From positions 672,001 through 736,000 of the forward strand of contig CAWDYW010000001.1 of NCBI GenBank assembly GCA_963806855.1: 64,000 nt of DNA, written 5' to 3'. Made by a program: the position numbers and the translations under genes. Positions within the stretch are counted from its first letter, which is position 1; each line of letters opens with the position of its first letter. Shown piece after piece: positions 31,445 to 41,710 of this stretch. The notes beneath the pieces were generated by a model. It searched no databases, was not told the origin of the DNA, and saw nothing but the letters and a program-made list of their open reading frames with translations. This DNA is from an uncultured Verrucomicrobiae bacterium (GTDB lineage Bacteria; Chlamydiota; Chlamydiia; Chlamydiales; Rhabdochlamydiaceae).

Positions 31445-33103
31445 TTGGCCCACCATCCCGGTGACCGCCCATCTTTGCACTGGTCACCCGAGTCGGGGAG
31501 TGCTTTGTCCATTTCTTTGGTTTGCCATTCTCGAAAAAATGTGAGCCTATTTTTTTATACGATGATCAGCCGATGGCTCATCCCAGGCAAGAACCTAGAC
31601 ATTTCTCAAATTTTTTCTACTCAGTTTAAGGAGCATACTATCTCACAGCTCGTCGTCCAGTTGGATAGTCCCCAGGATCTCGAATGTGCCAAACGGAACC
31701 TCCCTTTTTTAGAGAAGGAGATCTTAATCGGGGCCCGGTCGATTTACCATGCACGCAAGATCCTCGAAATGAAGGGGTTAACCATCGATGACAAAACGGC
31801 GCTGGTGCAGGAAAAGATTGCCGCCTTGGTTCGCCGGTTCCCTAAGGTGTTCGACTACGACATTTTCAGTGAAATGCAACACTTTCTTGTCTCTACGAAA
31901 GGGGTCTTCAAGTCGGAGCATCAACCCTCCGATATCAGCCGGATCATTTTTACCCTATATCGTTTCCGCAAGGAGATTGAACAAAGGGAAATGGGGAGGC
32001 GGCATCTCTGTTTGAAACTCAAAAATACAACTCTTCATACCCCTTTGGGAATAAAAGAGGTCCTATCGGTGTTCGTTGGCCTCAATTTTTTAAATGAGCA
32101 TGAGCTTTTTGAAGAGAGGCACCTTTTGTCGGCGCTCGCTCATTTTATTCCAACTATCAAAGCGATCCCCGGATCTTATTACCAAAACGATCAAATTCTC
32201 TACCTTGAAGTCGAAAAACCCAGTCAGGAATTGCTAATACCCGAGCTGACAACTGAAATTCAAAAACGCATTGAGCAGCTGGTTCCGCCAATCTTTATGC
32301 CCCGTAATGAGGAAGAGGTGATGCGTAACATCCTCATTTTGAGTAATCAGCTGCGGTATTTGCGCGATATTCCACAGATGATCATCTCCTTCGATGAGCA
32401 GGCCGATACAGAGCTTTCATTTACGGTCATCTTAGCCCGGCTGGTCCATCCTGAGAGCCGCCCCATTGCTGAGCTTTTCCAAATGTATCAAATTGATCGG
32501 GTGAAAGTGGTTGGGAAGCTCCGTCGCAAAGTCCCCAAAGAGGCTTCAGTGATTCGGGTGCGACTTCCTAGCGAGAAATTTCTTAGGGAAGACTACTCGG
32601 TTGATCTCTTTAAGGCGCGTCAGTATCTGGTGAAAGAGATGGAGCAGATTTTAGGCGAGGTCCGCGACTACAATGGGGGGATGATCGCCAAGCAGAGCGA
32701 GAACTTTGCCCGACTAAAGAAATTACTTGGGAAACTGGCGAAACAACATGCGCTATTGCTGCAAAACTACTTCCACTCGATTTTTCCCGTTCACTTTAGC
32801 ACGACGCTCGACCCTCAATTGCTCAAGATTCTCTTTTCGATGCTTCTCGAAGCGCAATCAAAAGAGGGGCAATTTTTAACGACAAAAAAGGCCAGCGACT
32901 ATTTGTTTGGGATGTGCAAATTTCAAGATTTGTCTATAAAGGAAAAAATTATTAGCCAACTTCCCTCCCATGAGCTTCTCACTGTTCAAATGAAGATTTT
33001 GGACTCCCAATATCTGGGCTTCATCTATCTCAATACCGAGCAATCGAATCACTTGACCTTTGAAGAAATTCAGCCATTGGTGGGGCGTGAAAGAGGCTGT
33101 TAA
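31445..33103 (+). CDS. Hypothetical protein; start uncertain
   Basis: 552-aa ORF with a PIFMPRNEEEVMRNI motif; stop codon lies inside the palindromic element. Confidence 0.75.
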   Translation: MAHHPGDRPSLHWSPESGSALSISLVCHSRKNVSLFFYTMISRWLIPGKNLDISQIFSTQFKEHTISQLVVQLDSPQDLECAKRNLPFLEKEILIGARSIYHARKILEMKGLTIDDKTALVQEKIAALVRRFPKVFDYDIFSEMQHFLVSTKGVFKSEHQPSDISRIIFTLYRFRKEIEQREMGRRHLCLKLKNTTLHTPLGIKEVLSVFVGLNFLNEHELFEERHLLSALAHFIPTIKAIPGSYYQNDQILYLEVEKPSQELLIPELTTEIQKRIEQLVPPIFMPRNEEEVMRNILILSNQLRYLRDIPQMIISFDEQADTELSFTVILARLVHPESRPIAELFQMYQIDRVKVVGKLRRKVPKEASVIRVRLPSEKFLREDYSVDLFKARQYLVKEMEQILGEVRDYNGGMIAKQSENFARLKKLLGKLAKQHALLLQNYFHSIFPVHFSTTLDPQLLKILFSMLLEAQSKEGQFLTTKKASDYLFGMCKFQDLSIKEKIISQLPSHELLTVQMKILDSQYLGFIYLNTEQSNHLTFEEIQPLVGRERGC

Positions 33104-33263
33104 CGGGTTTTGGTTTCGTCGCTTTTTTGAGGACTTTTGGCCAATTTTCAACTCACTTGTTGGGGGTAATATACAAAGTGTGATATAACCCCCAACAAGT
33201 GATTTGAAAATTGGCTCAAAACGCCCAAAAAATCGACATGAAACCAAACCCGTTAACAGCCTC
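33093..33263. repeat. 171-bp imperfect palindromic element, copy 2
   Basis: gaggctgttaacgggttt...aaacccgttaacagcctc; shares termini, bulges and apex with copy 1. Confidence 0.92.
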
Positions 33264-33963
33264 AAAAAAAAAGTGGCCTAATATCATTGAGCCATCGATC
33301 CTCTCTGGGGACTTCGGTGTTTTAGCTGCAGAGGCGAAACGGGTCGAGCAGGCAGGTGCCGACGCGATCCATATCGATATCATGGATGGCCATTTCGTCC
33401 CCAACTTGACTTTAGGCCCGCGCGCAGTCTCGGCGATCAATCGGGCGTCCGATCTGTTTCTAGATGTCCACATCATGATCTATAATCCATTTGACTATAT
33501 CGAGAGATTGGTCGAAGCGGGTGCCGACCGGATTACGTTCCACTTCGAGGCGACAGAAGACGTCGATGAGGTGCTCGCATACATCCGCAAGTGCAATATC
33601 GAGGCGGGTCTTGCTTTTCGGCCGGAGACGAGCTTTTCGTTCATTCCCCGGTTCCTCGACAAGTGCGATATGATTTTGATCATGACGGTCAATCCTGGAT
33701 TTGGGGGCCAAGCCTTCATGTCCGATATGATTGAGAAGATCGAACTGACGCGGGAAGCGTGTGATAAGCTCAAAATTCGAAAAGGGGGAGTGACAGGCGA
33801 TCCCAAGACGCTTCCGCCATTCGACATCCAAGTCGATGGGGGAATCGACGACAAGACTGCGAAATTGTGTGCAGACGCAGGGGCGAATGTGTTTGTTTCC
33901 GGGACATATCTTTTCGGCGCTCCAGAAATGGCCCCAAGAATCAAGTTATTGAGGAACCTATGA
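33238..33963 (+). CDS. rpe: Ribulose-phosphate 3-epimerase
   Basis: PSILS, HIDIMDGHFVPNLTLG, MTVNPGFGGQ, VDGGI. Confidence 0.96.
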   Translation: MKPNPLTASKKKWPNIIEPSILSGDFGVLAAEAKRVEQAGADAIHIDIMDGHFVPNLTLGPRAVSAINRASDLFLDVHIMIYNPFDYIERLVEAGADRITFHFEATEDVDEVLAYIRKCNIEAGLAFRPETSFSFIPRFLDKCDMILIMTVNPGFGGQAFMSDMIEKIELTREACDKLKIRKGGVTGDPKTLPPFDIQVDGGIDDKTAKLCADAGANVFVSGTYLFGAPEMAPRIKLLRNL

Positions 33964-34922
33964 CAAGAGTCGTCGTGATCGGGGGCGGTACAGGAAATTT
34001 CGCCGTCTTACGCGGGTTAAAAAATTATCAAGTCGACCTTAGCGCGATCGTCTCGATGGCCGACGATGGGGGCAGTACCGGGATTCTCCGAGATGAGCTC
34101 GGGGTGTTGCCGCCAGGCGATGTGCGTCAATGTTTAGTTGCCCTTTCCAACTCTTCGAGTCTGATGCGCAGTTTGGTCAACTACCGGTTCGAAAATGGGG
34201 GACTTGGGGGACATAGCTTTGGGAATCTTTTGCTTTCTGCTCTCGAAAAAGTGACCGGGAGTTTTGAAAAAGCTGTTGAGGAGATGGGCCGCATTCTCTT
34301 CATTAAGGGCAAGGTGATTCCAGTGACGACTCACCAGGTGCGGCTGAAAATGATCCTGAATAACCGGAAAATTTTAGAGGGGGAGAAAGAAATTTATCTC
34401 TCTCAAGAGATCGACCAGGGCTATAAGAAAATTTACTTGGAGCCATTTCCAGAGGCTAATCCGCATGCGATCGAGGAGATTGCACGGGCCGATTATATCA
34501 TTTTGGGCCCAGGCGGCTTGCACACTTCACTCATCCCTAATCTATTGGTGGAGGGGGTCAGCCAGGCTCTTCTCAAGTCAAAAGCGAAAAAGATCTACGT
34601 TGGCAATTTGATGAACCGCAAAGGACAGACCACGGGATATAAGACAAGCCACTACATCGAAGAGATTTCGCGGTTTCTGGGAGATGATATTTTCGATCAT
34701 ATTCTCGTCAATGGGCAGAGTCCTCCAGAAGAGCTGCTCGATGTCTATGCCGAAGAGGGGACTTTAGTGGAAAATGATCTGACCGACAAGCGGGTTATCA
34801 CCGCGCCTCTTCTCGGAACTGTCCATGAAGGGGCAAAAACCGATTTGCTGAAGCGCAATTTGATCAGGCACGACCCAGACAAATTGGCTGAGGAGTTGAT
34901 GAAGATTGTTAATCATATTTGA
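33960..34922 (+). CDS. yvcK: YvcK/GlmR family (UPF0052) UDP-GlcNAc-binding protein
   Basis: VIGGGTG, ADDGGSTGILR, PPGDVR, GHSFGNL, GPG.L.TS..PNL, RHDP. Confidence 0.92.
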   Translation: MTRVVVIGGGTGNFAVLRGLKNYQVDLSAIVSMADDGGSTGILRDELGVLPPGDVRQCLVALSNSSSLMRSLVNYRFENGGLGGHSFGNLLLSALEKVTGSFEKAVEEMGRILFIKGKVIPVTTHQVRLKMILNNRKILEGEKEIYLSQEIDQGYKKIYLEPFPEANPHAIEEIARADYIILGPGGLHTSLIPNLLVEGVSQALLKSKAKKIYVGNLMNRKGQTTGYKTSHYIEEISRFLGDDIFDHILVNGQSPPEELLDVYAEEGTLVENDLTDKRVITAPLLGTVHEGAKTDLLKRNLIRHDPDKLAEELMKIVNHI

Positions 34923-35547
34923 TTTGGATGACACTCTCATCGAAACTTCCAAATGTTTAACCCCGCTCTATTTGCGCCTTGCTTTCGATGCGATGGGACT
35001 GTCTGGGACTTGGCAAGAGCTGGTCGCCATCAATGAAAAATCGCTCAGCTCGCGGATCGCACTCAGAGAATTTTGGAGCAGCCGTTCGGATCGGGAAGAG
35101 ATTTTGCAGGCAGGCTTAGAGGCGCTGAAGACCCCAATACCTAGCGAAGCGAAAATAGAGCCGGTCCCAGGGGCAAATGAAGTGCTTGACACTCTCCAAG
35201 TGCATCACACTCTGGCTCTTGTGACGGCCGGCTACCCTGAATTGCAGCTCCAGAAGATGGAAAAAGCTGGTATTCAACCATCCCAATTTAGTAAACTTAT
35301 TGTTGGGTCGGGACCGAGTAAAAAATCAGATTACCAAAGAGTACTCGCAGAATTGCAATTTGATCCTAGCGAGGCTGTGGTCTGTGGCGACCGGGTAGAG
35401 ATCGATTTGACCCCGGCAAAAGAGCTCGGCCTGTACACTGTCCATTTTCGAAATGGGCGAGGATTATTCCACTCTACCCCTAAAGAGAGTGTAGATTTGA
35501 CGATACAAACACTTAAAGAACTGCAAGAGGTATTTGCCAAAACATGA
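34906..35547 (+). CDS. HAD family hydrolase
   Basis: FDLDDTL, LVT and GDR..ID motifs. Confidence 0.9.
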   Translation: MLIIFDLDDTLIETSKCLTPLYLRLAFDAMGLSGTWQELVAINEKSLSSRIALREFWSSRSDREEILQAGLEALKTPIPSEAKIEPVPGANEVLDTLQVHHTLALVTAGYPELQLQKMEKAGIQPSQFSKLIVGSGPSKKSDYQRVLAELQFDPSEAVVCGDRVEIDLTPAKELGLYTVHFRNGRGLFHSTPKESVDLTIQTLKELQEVFAKT

Positions 35548-36116
35548 AACCTAAAGCTCCAATGACTAGCAATCAGATCACTCCTGGGATCATGATATCA
35601 ATCGATAAAAATATCTATCGTGTCGAATCGGCTGTCAAGGTCACGGTCCCAAAAGGGCCCCCCTTCATCAAGACGAAGCTCAAAGACATCATGACCGATG
35701 AGACGATCGAGAAGAACTTCAAAGAGGGGCAAGAGGTTCAAGAGGTGACACTCGATGAGCACAATCTCGAATTTCTCTATATCGAAGGAAAGGACTATCT
35801 CTTTCTCGATACTGGCAATTTAGAAAAAGTTTTTGTTCCCAAAAATATCATTGGCGATAAGGTCAACTACATCAAAGAGGCGATCGAAGTGAAAGCGATG
35901 TTCTATGGGGATACCATTTTCTCCATCGAGCTTCCTCAATTCCTCGAACTGATGGTTGTGAAGACAGAACCTAGCGATGCCTCTCCTCAAGTGACCGATG
36001 CAAACAAATTCTGCTATTTGGAAACAGGAGCCAAAATTAAGGTGCCCCTTTTCATCGAGACAGGTGATATTGTGAAGGTGGACACCACAACAAACGAATT
36101 TATCCAAAGGTTGTAA
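35544..36116 (+). CDS. efp: Elongation factor P family protein
   Basis: PKG loop, LETGAKIKVPLFIETGD..KVDT; upstream of accB. Confidence 0.92.
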   Translation: MKPKAPMTSNQITPGIMISIDKNIYRVESAVKVTVPKGPPFIKTKLKDIMTDETIEKNFKEGQEVQEVTLDEHNLEFLYIEGKDYLFLDTGNLEKVFVPKNIIGDKVNYIKEAIEVKAMFYGDTIFSIELPQFLELMVVKTEPSDASPQVTDANKFCYLETGAKIKVPLFIETGDIVKVDTTTNEFIQRL

Positions 36117-36117
36117 T

Positions 36118-36583
36118 ATGGACATGAAGTCAATCAAAGAGCTGATGGCCTCGATGGAGAAATCGGGCCTGAAGAAGGTGCGGATCAAAGAGGAAAAAGG
36201 GTTCGAGATCGAACTCGAAAGAGAAGCTGAGCATCCTCCTCAGCCCCAACCCATCCATCGTCCCGAACCGGTCCATTATCACCATCCTCATCCCCATCCT
36301 CCCCACCGCCCGGCAGGAGAAGAGGAGAAAAAGGTAGAGAAAAAAGAGGGGAGTTATATCGCCTCTCCTATGGTCGGCACCTTCTACACAGCTGCGTCTC
36401 CCGATGATCAGCTTTTGTCAAAGTTGGAGATAAAGTCGATGAAAACACCGTCGTCTGCATCATCGAGGCGATGAAGGTGATGAATGAAGTCAAAGCGGGT
36501 AAGAAGGGCACAATAGCAGAAATGCTTGTCGCAACTGCCACCCGGTCGAATTTGGAACAAACCTCTTCCGGTACTACGTATGA
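36118..36583 (+). CDS. accB: Biotin carboxyl carrier protein, with apparent frameshifts
   Basis: SPMVGTFY, then [14 protein letters not shown] across frames. Confidence 0.92.
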
Positions 36584-37950
36584 AAAAGATCCTCATCGCC
36601 AATCGAGGCGAAATCGCCGTCGAATCATCAGAGCCTGTCACGATATGGGGATGCAAACTGTTGCCGTCTATTCGCAAGCCGACACCGAAGCGCTCCATGT
36701 TTTCATGCGGATGAAGCAATCTGCATTGGAGAAGCCCCATCGCAAAAATCCTATTTGAAAATCGCCAATATCCTCTCAGCCTGTGAGATCACTGGCGCCG
36801 ACGCGATTCATCCCGGACTATGGGTTTTTGAGCGAAAATGCCAACTTTGCTTCGATTTGTGAAAGCTGTGGGATCAATTTCATCGGCCCCTCGCATCAAG
36901 CGATCTGCGCTTTTGGGAGATAAAGCGCAGCCAAAGCGACTGCAAAGAGCGTCAAGTGCCCTGTGATTCCTGGTTCTGACGGCGTGGTGGAAGATGTCCA
37001 AGCAGGCGTTAAAAGAAGCCAAAAAGCTCGGCTTTCCTATCTTCATCAAAGCCGACAGCCGGCGGCGGCGGCAAAGGGATCCGCATTGCCAATGACGCCT
37101 GATGAATTTGTCAGACAGTTTGCCGCAGCGCGTACTGAAGCAGAAGCTAGCTTTGGCAATCCTGAGGTCTATCTCGAAAAAATGATCGTCAATCCGCGCC
37201 ACATCGAGATGCAGGTCATCGGCGACAAGCATGGCAATTATGCCTACCTTGGTGAGAGGGATTGCACCATTCAGCGCCGCCGACAAAAACTCATCGAAGA
37301 AGCGCCGAGCCCGATCTTGGCGCCATGCCCTGCGCAAAAAAATCTGGCGAAGCTGCGGTCGATATCGTCAAAGCAGCTAAATATTACTCTGCTGGAACCG
37401 TCGAATTTTTACTCGATGAGAAGAACAACTTCTATTTCATGGAAGTCAATACCCGCATCCAAGTCGAGCACACGATGACCGAAGAGCTGACCGGCATCGA
37501 CCTGGTGCAGCGAGCAGATTCGGATTGCGCTGGGAGAAAAGCTCAGCTTTAAGCAAAAAGACATCGACCTTCACGGGACACGTGATCCAGTGCCGGATTA
37601 ATGCCGAAGACCCTGCCAAAAATTTTGCCCCTTCCCCGGGAGTGCTAGAGTATTATTTGCCGCCGGGCGGCCCCCATGTCCGCGTCGACAGCGCTTGCTA
37701 TTCGGGCTATCGCATTCCCCCCAATTACGATTCGATGATCGCCAAATTGATCGTCAAAGGGAAAGATCGAAAAGAAGCCATCGCATTGCAAAAAGAGCTT
37801 TAAAAGAGTTCCATATCGGCGGCGTCAAGACCACGATTCCCATTCCATCAGTACATGTTTGAGGATGATAACTTCCTGAATAATACCTACACCATCACCT
37901 ACATCGATCAGCTCATGGCAGAAGGATATTCTTTCATCCCAGAAAGTTGA
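36580..37950 (+). CDS. accC: Biotin carboxylase, with multiple apparent frameshifts
   Basis: [62 protein letters not shown]. Confidence 0.95.
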
Positions 37951-37983
37951 CATCCTTAGTCGTTTTATTGATAATCTTTTTTT

Positions 37984-38949
37984 ATGAAAGGAATCATTTT
38001 AGCGGGTGGAAGGGGATCGCGCCTTTACCCCATCACCAAAGCGACTTGCAAACAGCTTCTGCCAATCTTCGATAAACCGATGATCTATTATCCCCTTGCG
38101 GTGCTCATGATGGCCCAAATTCGGGAGATTTTGATCATCACGACACCTGAAGACACCTCCCGATTTCAGCAGCTGCTCGGCGATGGAAGTCAGTGGGGGA
38201 TCTCAATCTCTTATGATATCCAAAAGATTCCACAGGGGATTGCAGATAGTTTTATCATCGCCGAAAAATTCATTGGAGATGGTTCTGTCGCTCTTATTCT
38301 CGGCGACAATATTTTCTATGGCCACAATTTCTCTAACCTTCTCCAAGAGGCCAAAGAGCTCCACGAGGGGGCCATGGTCTTTGGATATGAAGTGCACGAT
38401 CCTCAGCGTTATGGGGTGCTTGCCTTCAATGAAGAGGGTCAGATTGTCGATATCATCGAAAAGCCCAAAAATCCCCCTTCTCGTTATGCTGTGACAGGTC
38501 TTTACTTCTATGACAATCAGGTGATCGAGATCGCAAAGAGCTTAAAGCCGTCAAGAAGGGGAGAATACGAAATCACCGATGTGAACGTCGCCTATTTAAA
38601 AAGAGGGGCGCTGCAGTGCCACCTTTTTGAGCGGGGCTTTGCCTGGCTCGACACCGGAACCCCCACAGCGATGCAACAGGCCGCCAGCTATGTTCAGACG
38701 ATTCAAGAGCGGCAAGGGATCAAAATTGGGTGCGTCGAAGAGATCGCTTATAAGATGGGCTATATCACATTAGAGCAGCTGGTGCAGCTAGCCGATGAAC
38801 TTTCACCATCTGAATATGGACAATATCTCAAAACCCAAGTTTTAAACCTGCTCCACACCGAATCGAAAGTTGGCGATCGATCATGGGCGGTTCTCCCCTC
38901 GATGGGAGCAGCCTCTTCCATTTTTGTTCGTTCGACGAAAATTAATTAA
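37984..38949 (+). CDS. rfbA: Glucose-1-phosphate thymidylyltransferase
   Basis: KGIILAGGRGSRLYP, KQLLPIFDKPMIYYPL, LILGDNIFYG, AWLDTGT. Confidence 0.96.
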   Translation: MKGIILAGGRGSRLYPITKATCKQLLPIFDKPMIYYPLAVLMMAQIREILIITTPEDTSRFQQLLGDGSQWGISISYDIQKIPQGIADSFIIAEKFIGDGSVALILGDNIFYGHNFSNLLQEAKELHEGAMVFGYEVHDPQRYGVLAFNEEGQIVDIIEKPKNPPSRYAVTGLYFYDNQVIEIAKSLKPSRRGEYEITDVNVAYLKRGALQCHLFERGFAWLDTGTPTAMQQAASYVQTIQERQGIKIGCVEEIAYKMGYITLEQLVQLADELSPSEYGQYLKTQVLNLLHTESKVGDRSWAVLPSMGAASSIFVRSTKIN

Positions 38950-39851
38950 ATAAATTTGCGGCGGCGGGTCCGTTTGCTGCGGTGAGGGACGAAATTCGAC
39001 TTTCTTCCAGAAACAGCTTCATGCAAGTTTTCGATCGCCATGAAGGCCTCTGGATCTTCTCGGAGGACGATTTCCTTGAGGTCGGCCAAATCGAGTCTCT
39101 CGACGACGATGAAGAGCAAATCGCGTGGGGCCCCAGAAAAGCCCCCTTTCCCGTGAATAATGGTCAGACCTAGCCCCAGCTCGTGCATGATCGTTTTCGC
39201 CAGTTCTTTGGGCATAGAAGAGATAATCAGCACCGATTTGAGTTCATCCAATCCCAGGATGACCAAATCCATCATCTTAAAGGCAACCACATAGGTGAGC
39301 AGCGACTTGAGGGCGATATGCCAGTCAGAGAAGATCCACCCATAGATGCCGAAGATGAAAAAGTTGGCTGCCAGGACCACTTGTCCGATGGTAAATCCAA
39401 GTTTTCGGTTGACGATGATGGCCAATATCTCGGTCCCATCCAAGCAGCCGCCATTGCGGATCACCAGGCCGCCGCCAACGCCCAAAATCGCGCCGCCGAA
39501 GAAAATGATCTCGAGTGTATCCCCATGGAAGGGGGGAGCGGCATCTAAAATCCACAAGAAGAGTGCGAATAACAAAATCGCTGAAAACATATGGATGACA
39601 AAGGTGCGCCGGATAAAGCGGAAGGCCAAATAGATGAAGGGGAGGGTCAAGCCAATCAAATAGTAGGAGAGGTAACTTGGGTCAAAGACACGAGCGAGGA
39701 TCAAGGCGATACCGGTGATCCCGCCGTCGATCAGGTCATTGGGAAGTAAAAAAATGCGGATCGCCACAGCAGCCAAAAAAGCTCCAAGTGAGATCCAAAC
39801 TAAATCATTGAGAAAGTGCCAGAAGCTCGCTTGCTTTGTGGGTTTTTGCAT
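38946..39851 (-). CDS. YitT family membrane protein
   Basis: DGGITGIALI, GGCLDGTEILA and C-terminal DPEAF motifs. Confidence 0.9.
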   Translation of the reverse strand: MQKPTKQASFWHFLNDLVWISLGAFLAAVAIRIFLLPNDLIDGGITGIALILARVFDPSYLSYYLIGLTLPFIYLAFRFIRRTFVIHMFSAILLFALFLWILDAAPPFHGDTLEIIFFGGAILGVGGGLVIRNGGCLDGTEILAIIVNRKLGFTIGQVVLAANFFIFGIYGWIFSDWHIALKSLLTYVVAFKMMDLVILGLDELKSVLIISSMPKELAKTIMHELGLGLTIIHGKGGFSGAPRDLLFIVVERLDLADLKEIVLREDPEAFMAIENLHEAVSGRKSNFVPHRSKRTRRRKFI

Positions 39852-39888
39852 GGAATTAAGATACTAAGAAGAAAGGGAAAAGTACAGA

Positions 39889-39921
39889 AAAAAAATAACC
39901 CCTCATGTTGTGAGGGGTTTT
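39889..39921 (-). terminator. Intrinsic terminator after the tRNA pair
   Basis: aacccctca-tgttg-tgaggggtt hairpin with an adjacent A-tract (U-tract on the minus strand). Confidence 0.75.
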
Positions 39922-39925
39922 GCGA

Positions 39926-39999
39926 CGCGGGAGACGGGGCTTGAACCCGCAACTTCTGCCTTGACAGGGCAGTGCTCTAACCAATTGAACTACTCCCGC
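39926..39999 (-). tRNA. tRNA-Asp(GTC)
   Basis: GCGGGAGTAGTTCAATTGGTTAGAGCACTGCCCTGTCAAGGCAG...GTTCAAGCCCCGTCTCCCGCG cloverleaf; no encoded CCA. Confidence 0.96.
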
Positions 40000-40009
40000 A
40001 AAGAGCTGT

Positions 40010-40081
40010 TGGGCGCAAAAGGATTCGAACCTATGACCGCCTGTGTGTAAGACAGGAGCTCTACCGCTGAGCTATACGCCC
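40010..40081 (-). tRNA. tRNA-Val(TAC)
   Basis: GGGCGTATAGCTCAGCGGTAGAGCTCCTGTCTTACACACAGG...GTTCGAATCCTTTTGCGCCCA cloverleaf. Confidence 0.96.
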
Positions 40082-40153
40082 CAACAGGCCTTTAACTGTA
40101 CCCTCTCCGAAGAATTTTTCTCAAGTAATTTTCGAATTTGGTATCATTTGGCC

Positions 40154-40504
40154 ATGTTGAAAAGAGCTCTAATTTTTCTTTTACTCTGCGCCTGTAGCCC
40201 GAAGAGCTCTGAGGAGTTCTTGAGCCAGAGCGAGGAGAAATGCTCGGAACTGGTCGCCATCCTTGAAAAGAGCGAATCTCTCGATGATCTTTTGAAGGTC
40301 GAAAATGAGCTTAAGAAAAAATTTAACGAAATCGCCACCCTCATGGTCCAGTCGCGCAAATTTCATGAAAAACATCCGAGCAATCATCCAGTCAAGCCTA
40401 TCGCAAGCAGTGCTGCCTTATTAGATGAGCTCAAGAGAATCTACGCCATCAAAGGGGGCCGTGAAGTGATCGAACGTGCTCAATCTGATGCGCAACTATG
40501 GTGA
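40154..40504 (+). CDS. Hypothetical lipoprotein
   Basis: MLKRALIFLLLCAC lipobox-like signal; ELKRIYAIKGGREVIERAQ. Confidence 0.7.
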   Translation: MLKRALIFLLLCACSPKSSEEFLSQSEEKCSELVAILEKSESLDDLLKVENELKKKFNEIATLMVQSRKFHEKHPSNHPVKPIASSAALLDELKRIYAIKGGREVIERAQSDAQLW

Positions 40505-40534
40505 TTAATAGAATTTTATGGAGTACTTTTAGAT

Positions 40535-41710
40535 ATGAAAAAGATCTTGCTGTGCTTATTTCTCGTCTGTGGTCTGTATGCCACCCAGGAAAAAAAGAAG
40601 GTCTGCCTGAACATGATCGTTAAAAACGAGAGCAAGGTCATCGAAAGGTGCTTAGCCTCGGTCAAACCTTTTATCGATTATTGGGTCATTGTCGACACGG
40701 GCTCTACTGATGGGACACAGACAATCATCAAAAATTTCATGAAGGGGATCCCAGGAGAATTGCATGAACGCCCTTGGGTGAATTTTGGCCATAATCGCAA
40801 TGAAGCGCTGCAATTGGCTAAAAATAAAGGAGATTATCTCTTGTTCATCGATGCCGATGAGGTGCTCGTTTTTGCCGACAATTTCGTGAAGCCCAATTTA
40901 GACAAAGACGCCTATCATATTACAACCCACTTATATGGAACCGATTATATCAGGTTACAGCTGATCAACAATCATCTCAATTGGCAATGGATCGGTGTTC
41001 TCCATGAATATCTTAGTAGCCCAGAAGCCAGAACAAACGAAGTTTTGGCAGGGGTGATAAACTATCCAAGCTATGAGGGGGTTAGATCGCAAGATCCATT
41101 GAAGTTCAAGAAGGATGCGATGGTTCTGGAGGAGGCATTAAAGACAGAGCCCGACAATGCCCGCTATGTTTTTTATCTGGCTCAAAGCTACCGAGATGCC
41201 AGCGAGCCAGCTGCGGCCCTTAAAAATTATGAACGGCGAGTGGCGATGGGGGGATGGGATCAGGAGGTTTTTTTCTCAAAATATCAAATCTGCCTCTTGC
41301 AAGAAGAGCTGAAGATTGAACCAGAGAAGATTGCGAAAAGTTATCTAGATTGCTTCTCCTCTCGTCCTTCGAGGGCTGAACCGCTTTGCCATCTCGCCAC
41401 ATTCTACCGGCTGCAAGGCAATTATTTGCTCGGCTATCTGGTCGCCACTTACGGACTGACTCTACCTTATCCTTCCGATACTTTGTTTGTTGAGAGATGG
41501 GTTTACGATTTTGGTCTTCTATTGGAAAAATCGGTCTGCGCCTACTGGATTGGGAAATACCAAGAGTGCTTGGATCTATCACAGCAGCTGCTAAAAGTGG
41601 GCAATTTGCCGGCCAATGTGAGGGAATGTGTCGAGAAGAATATCTGGTGGGCACAAAAGCAGTTAAAAAATTTAGAAAGTCAATCCTATTCCTCCCATTT
41701 GGTTAGGTGA
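40535..41710 (+). CDS. GT2 glycosyltransferase with TPR region and signal peptide
   Basis: CLNMIVKNE, VDTGSTDGT, FIDADE, LHEY, then TPR-like helices. Confidence 0.9.
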   Translation: MKKILLCLFLVCGLYATQEKKKVCLNMIVKNESKVIERCLASVKPFIDYWVIVDTGSTDGTQTIIKNFMKGIPGELHERPWVNFGHNRNEALQLAKNKGDYLLFIDADEVLVFADNFVKPNLDKDAYHITTHLYGTDYIRLQLINNHLNWQWIGVLHEYLSSPEARTNEVLAGVINYPSYEGVRSQDPLKFKKDAMVLEEALKTEPDNARYVFYLAQSYRDASEPAAALKNYERRVAMGGWDQEVFFSKYQICLLQEELKIEPEKIAKSYLDCFSSRPSRAEPLCHLATFYRLQGNYLLGYLVATYGLTLPYPSDTLFVERWVYDFGLLLEKSVCAYWIGKYQECLDLSQQLLKVGNLPANVRECVEKNIWWAQKQLKNLESQSYSSHLVR

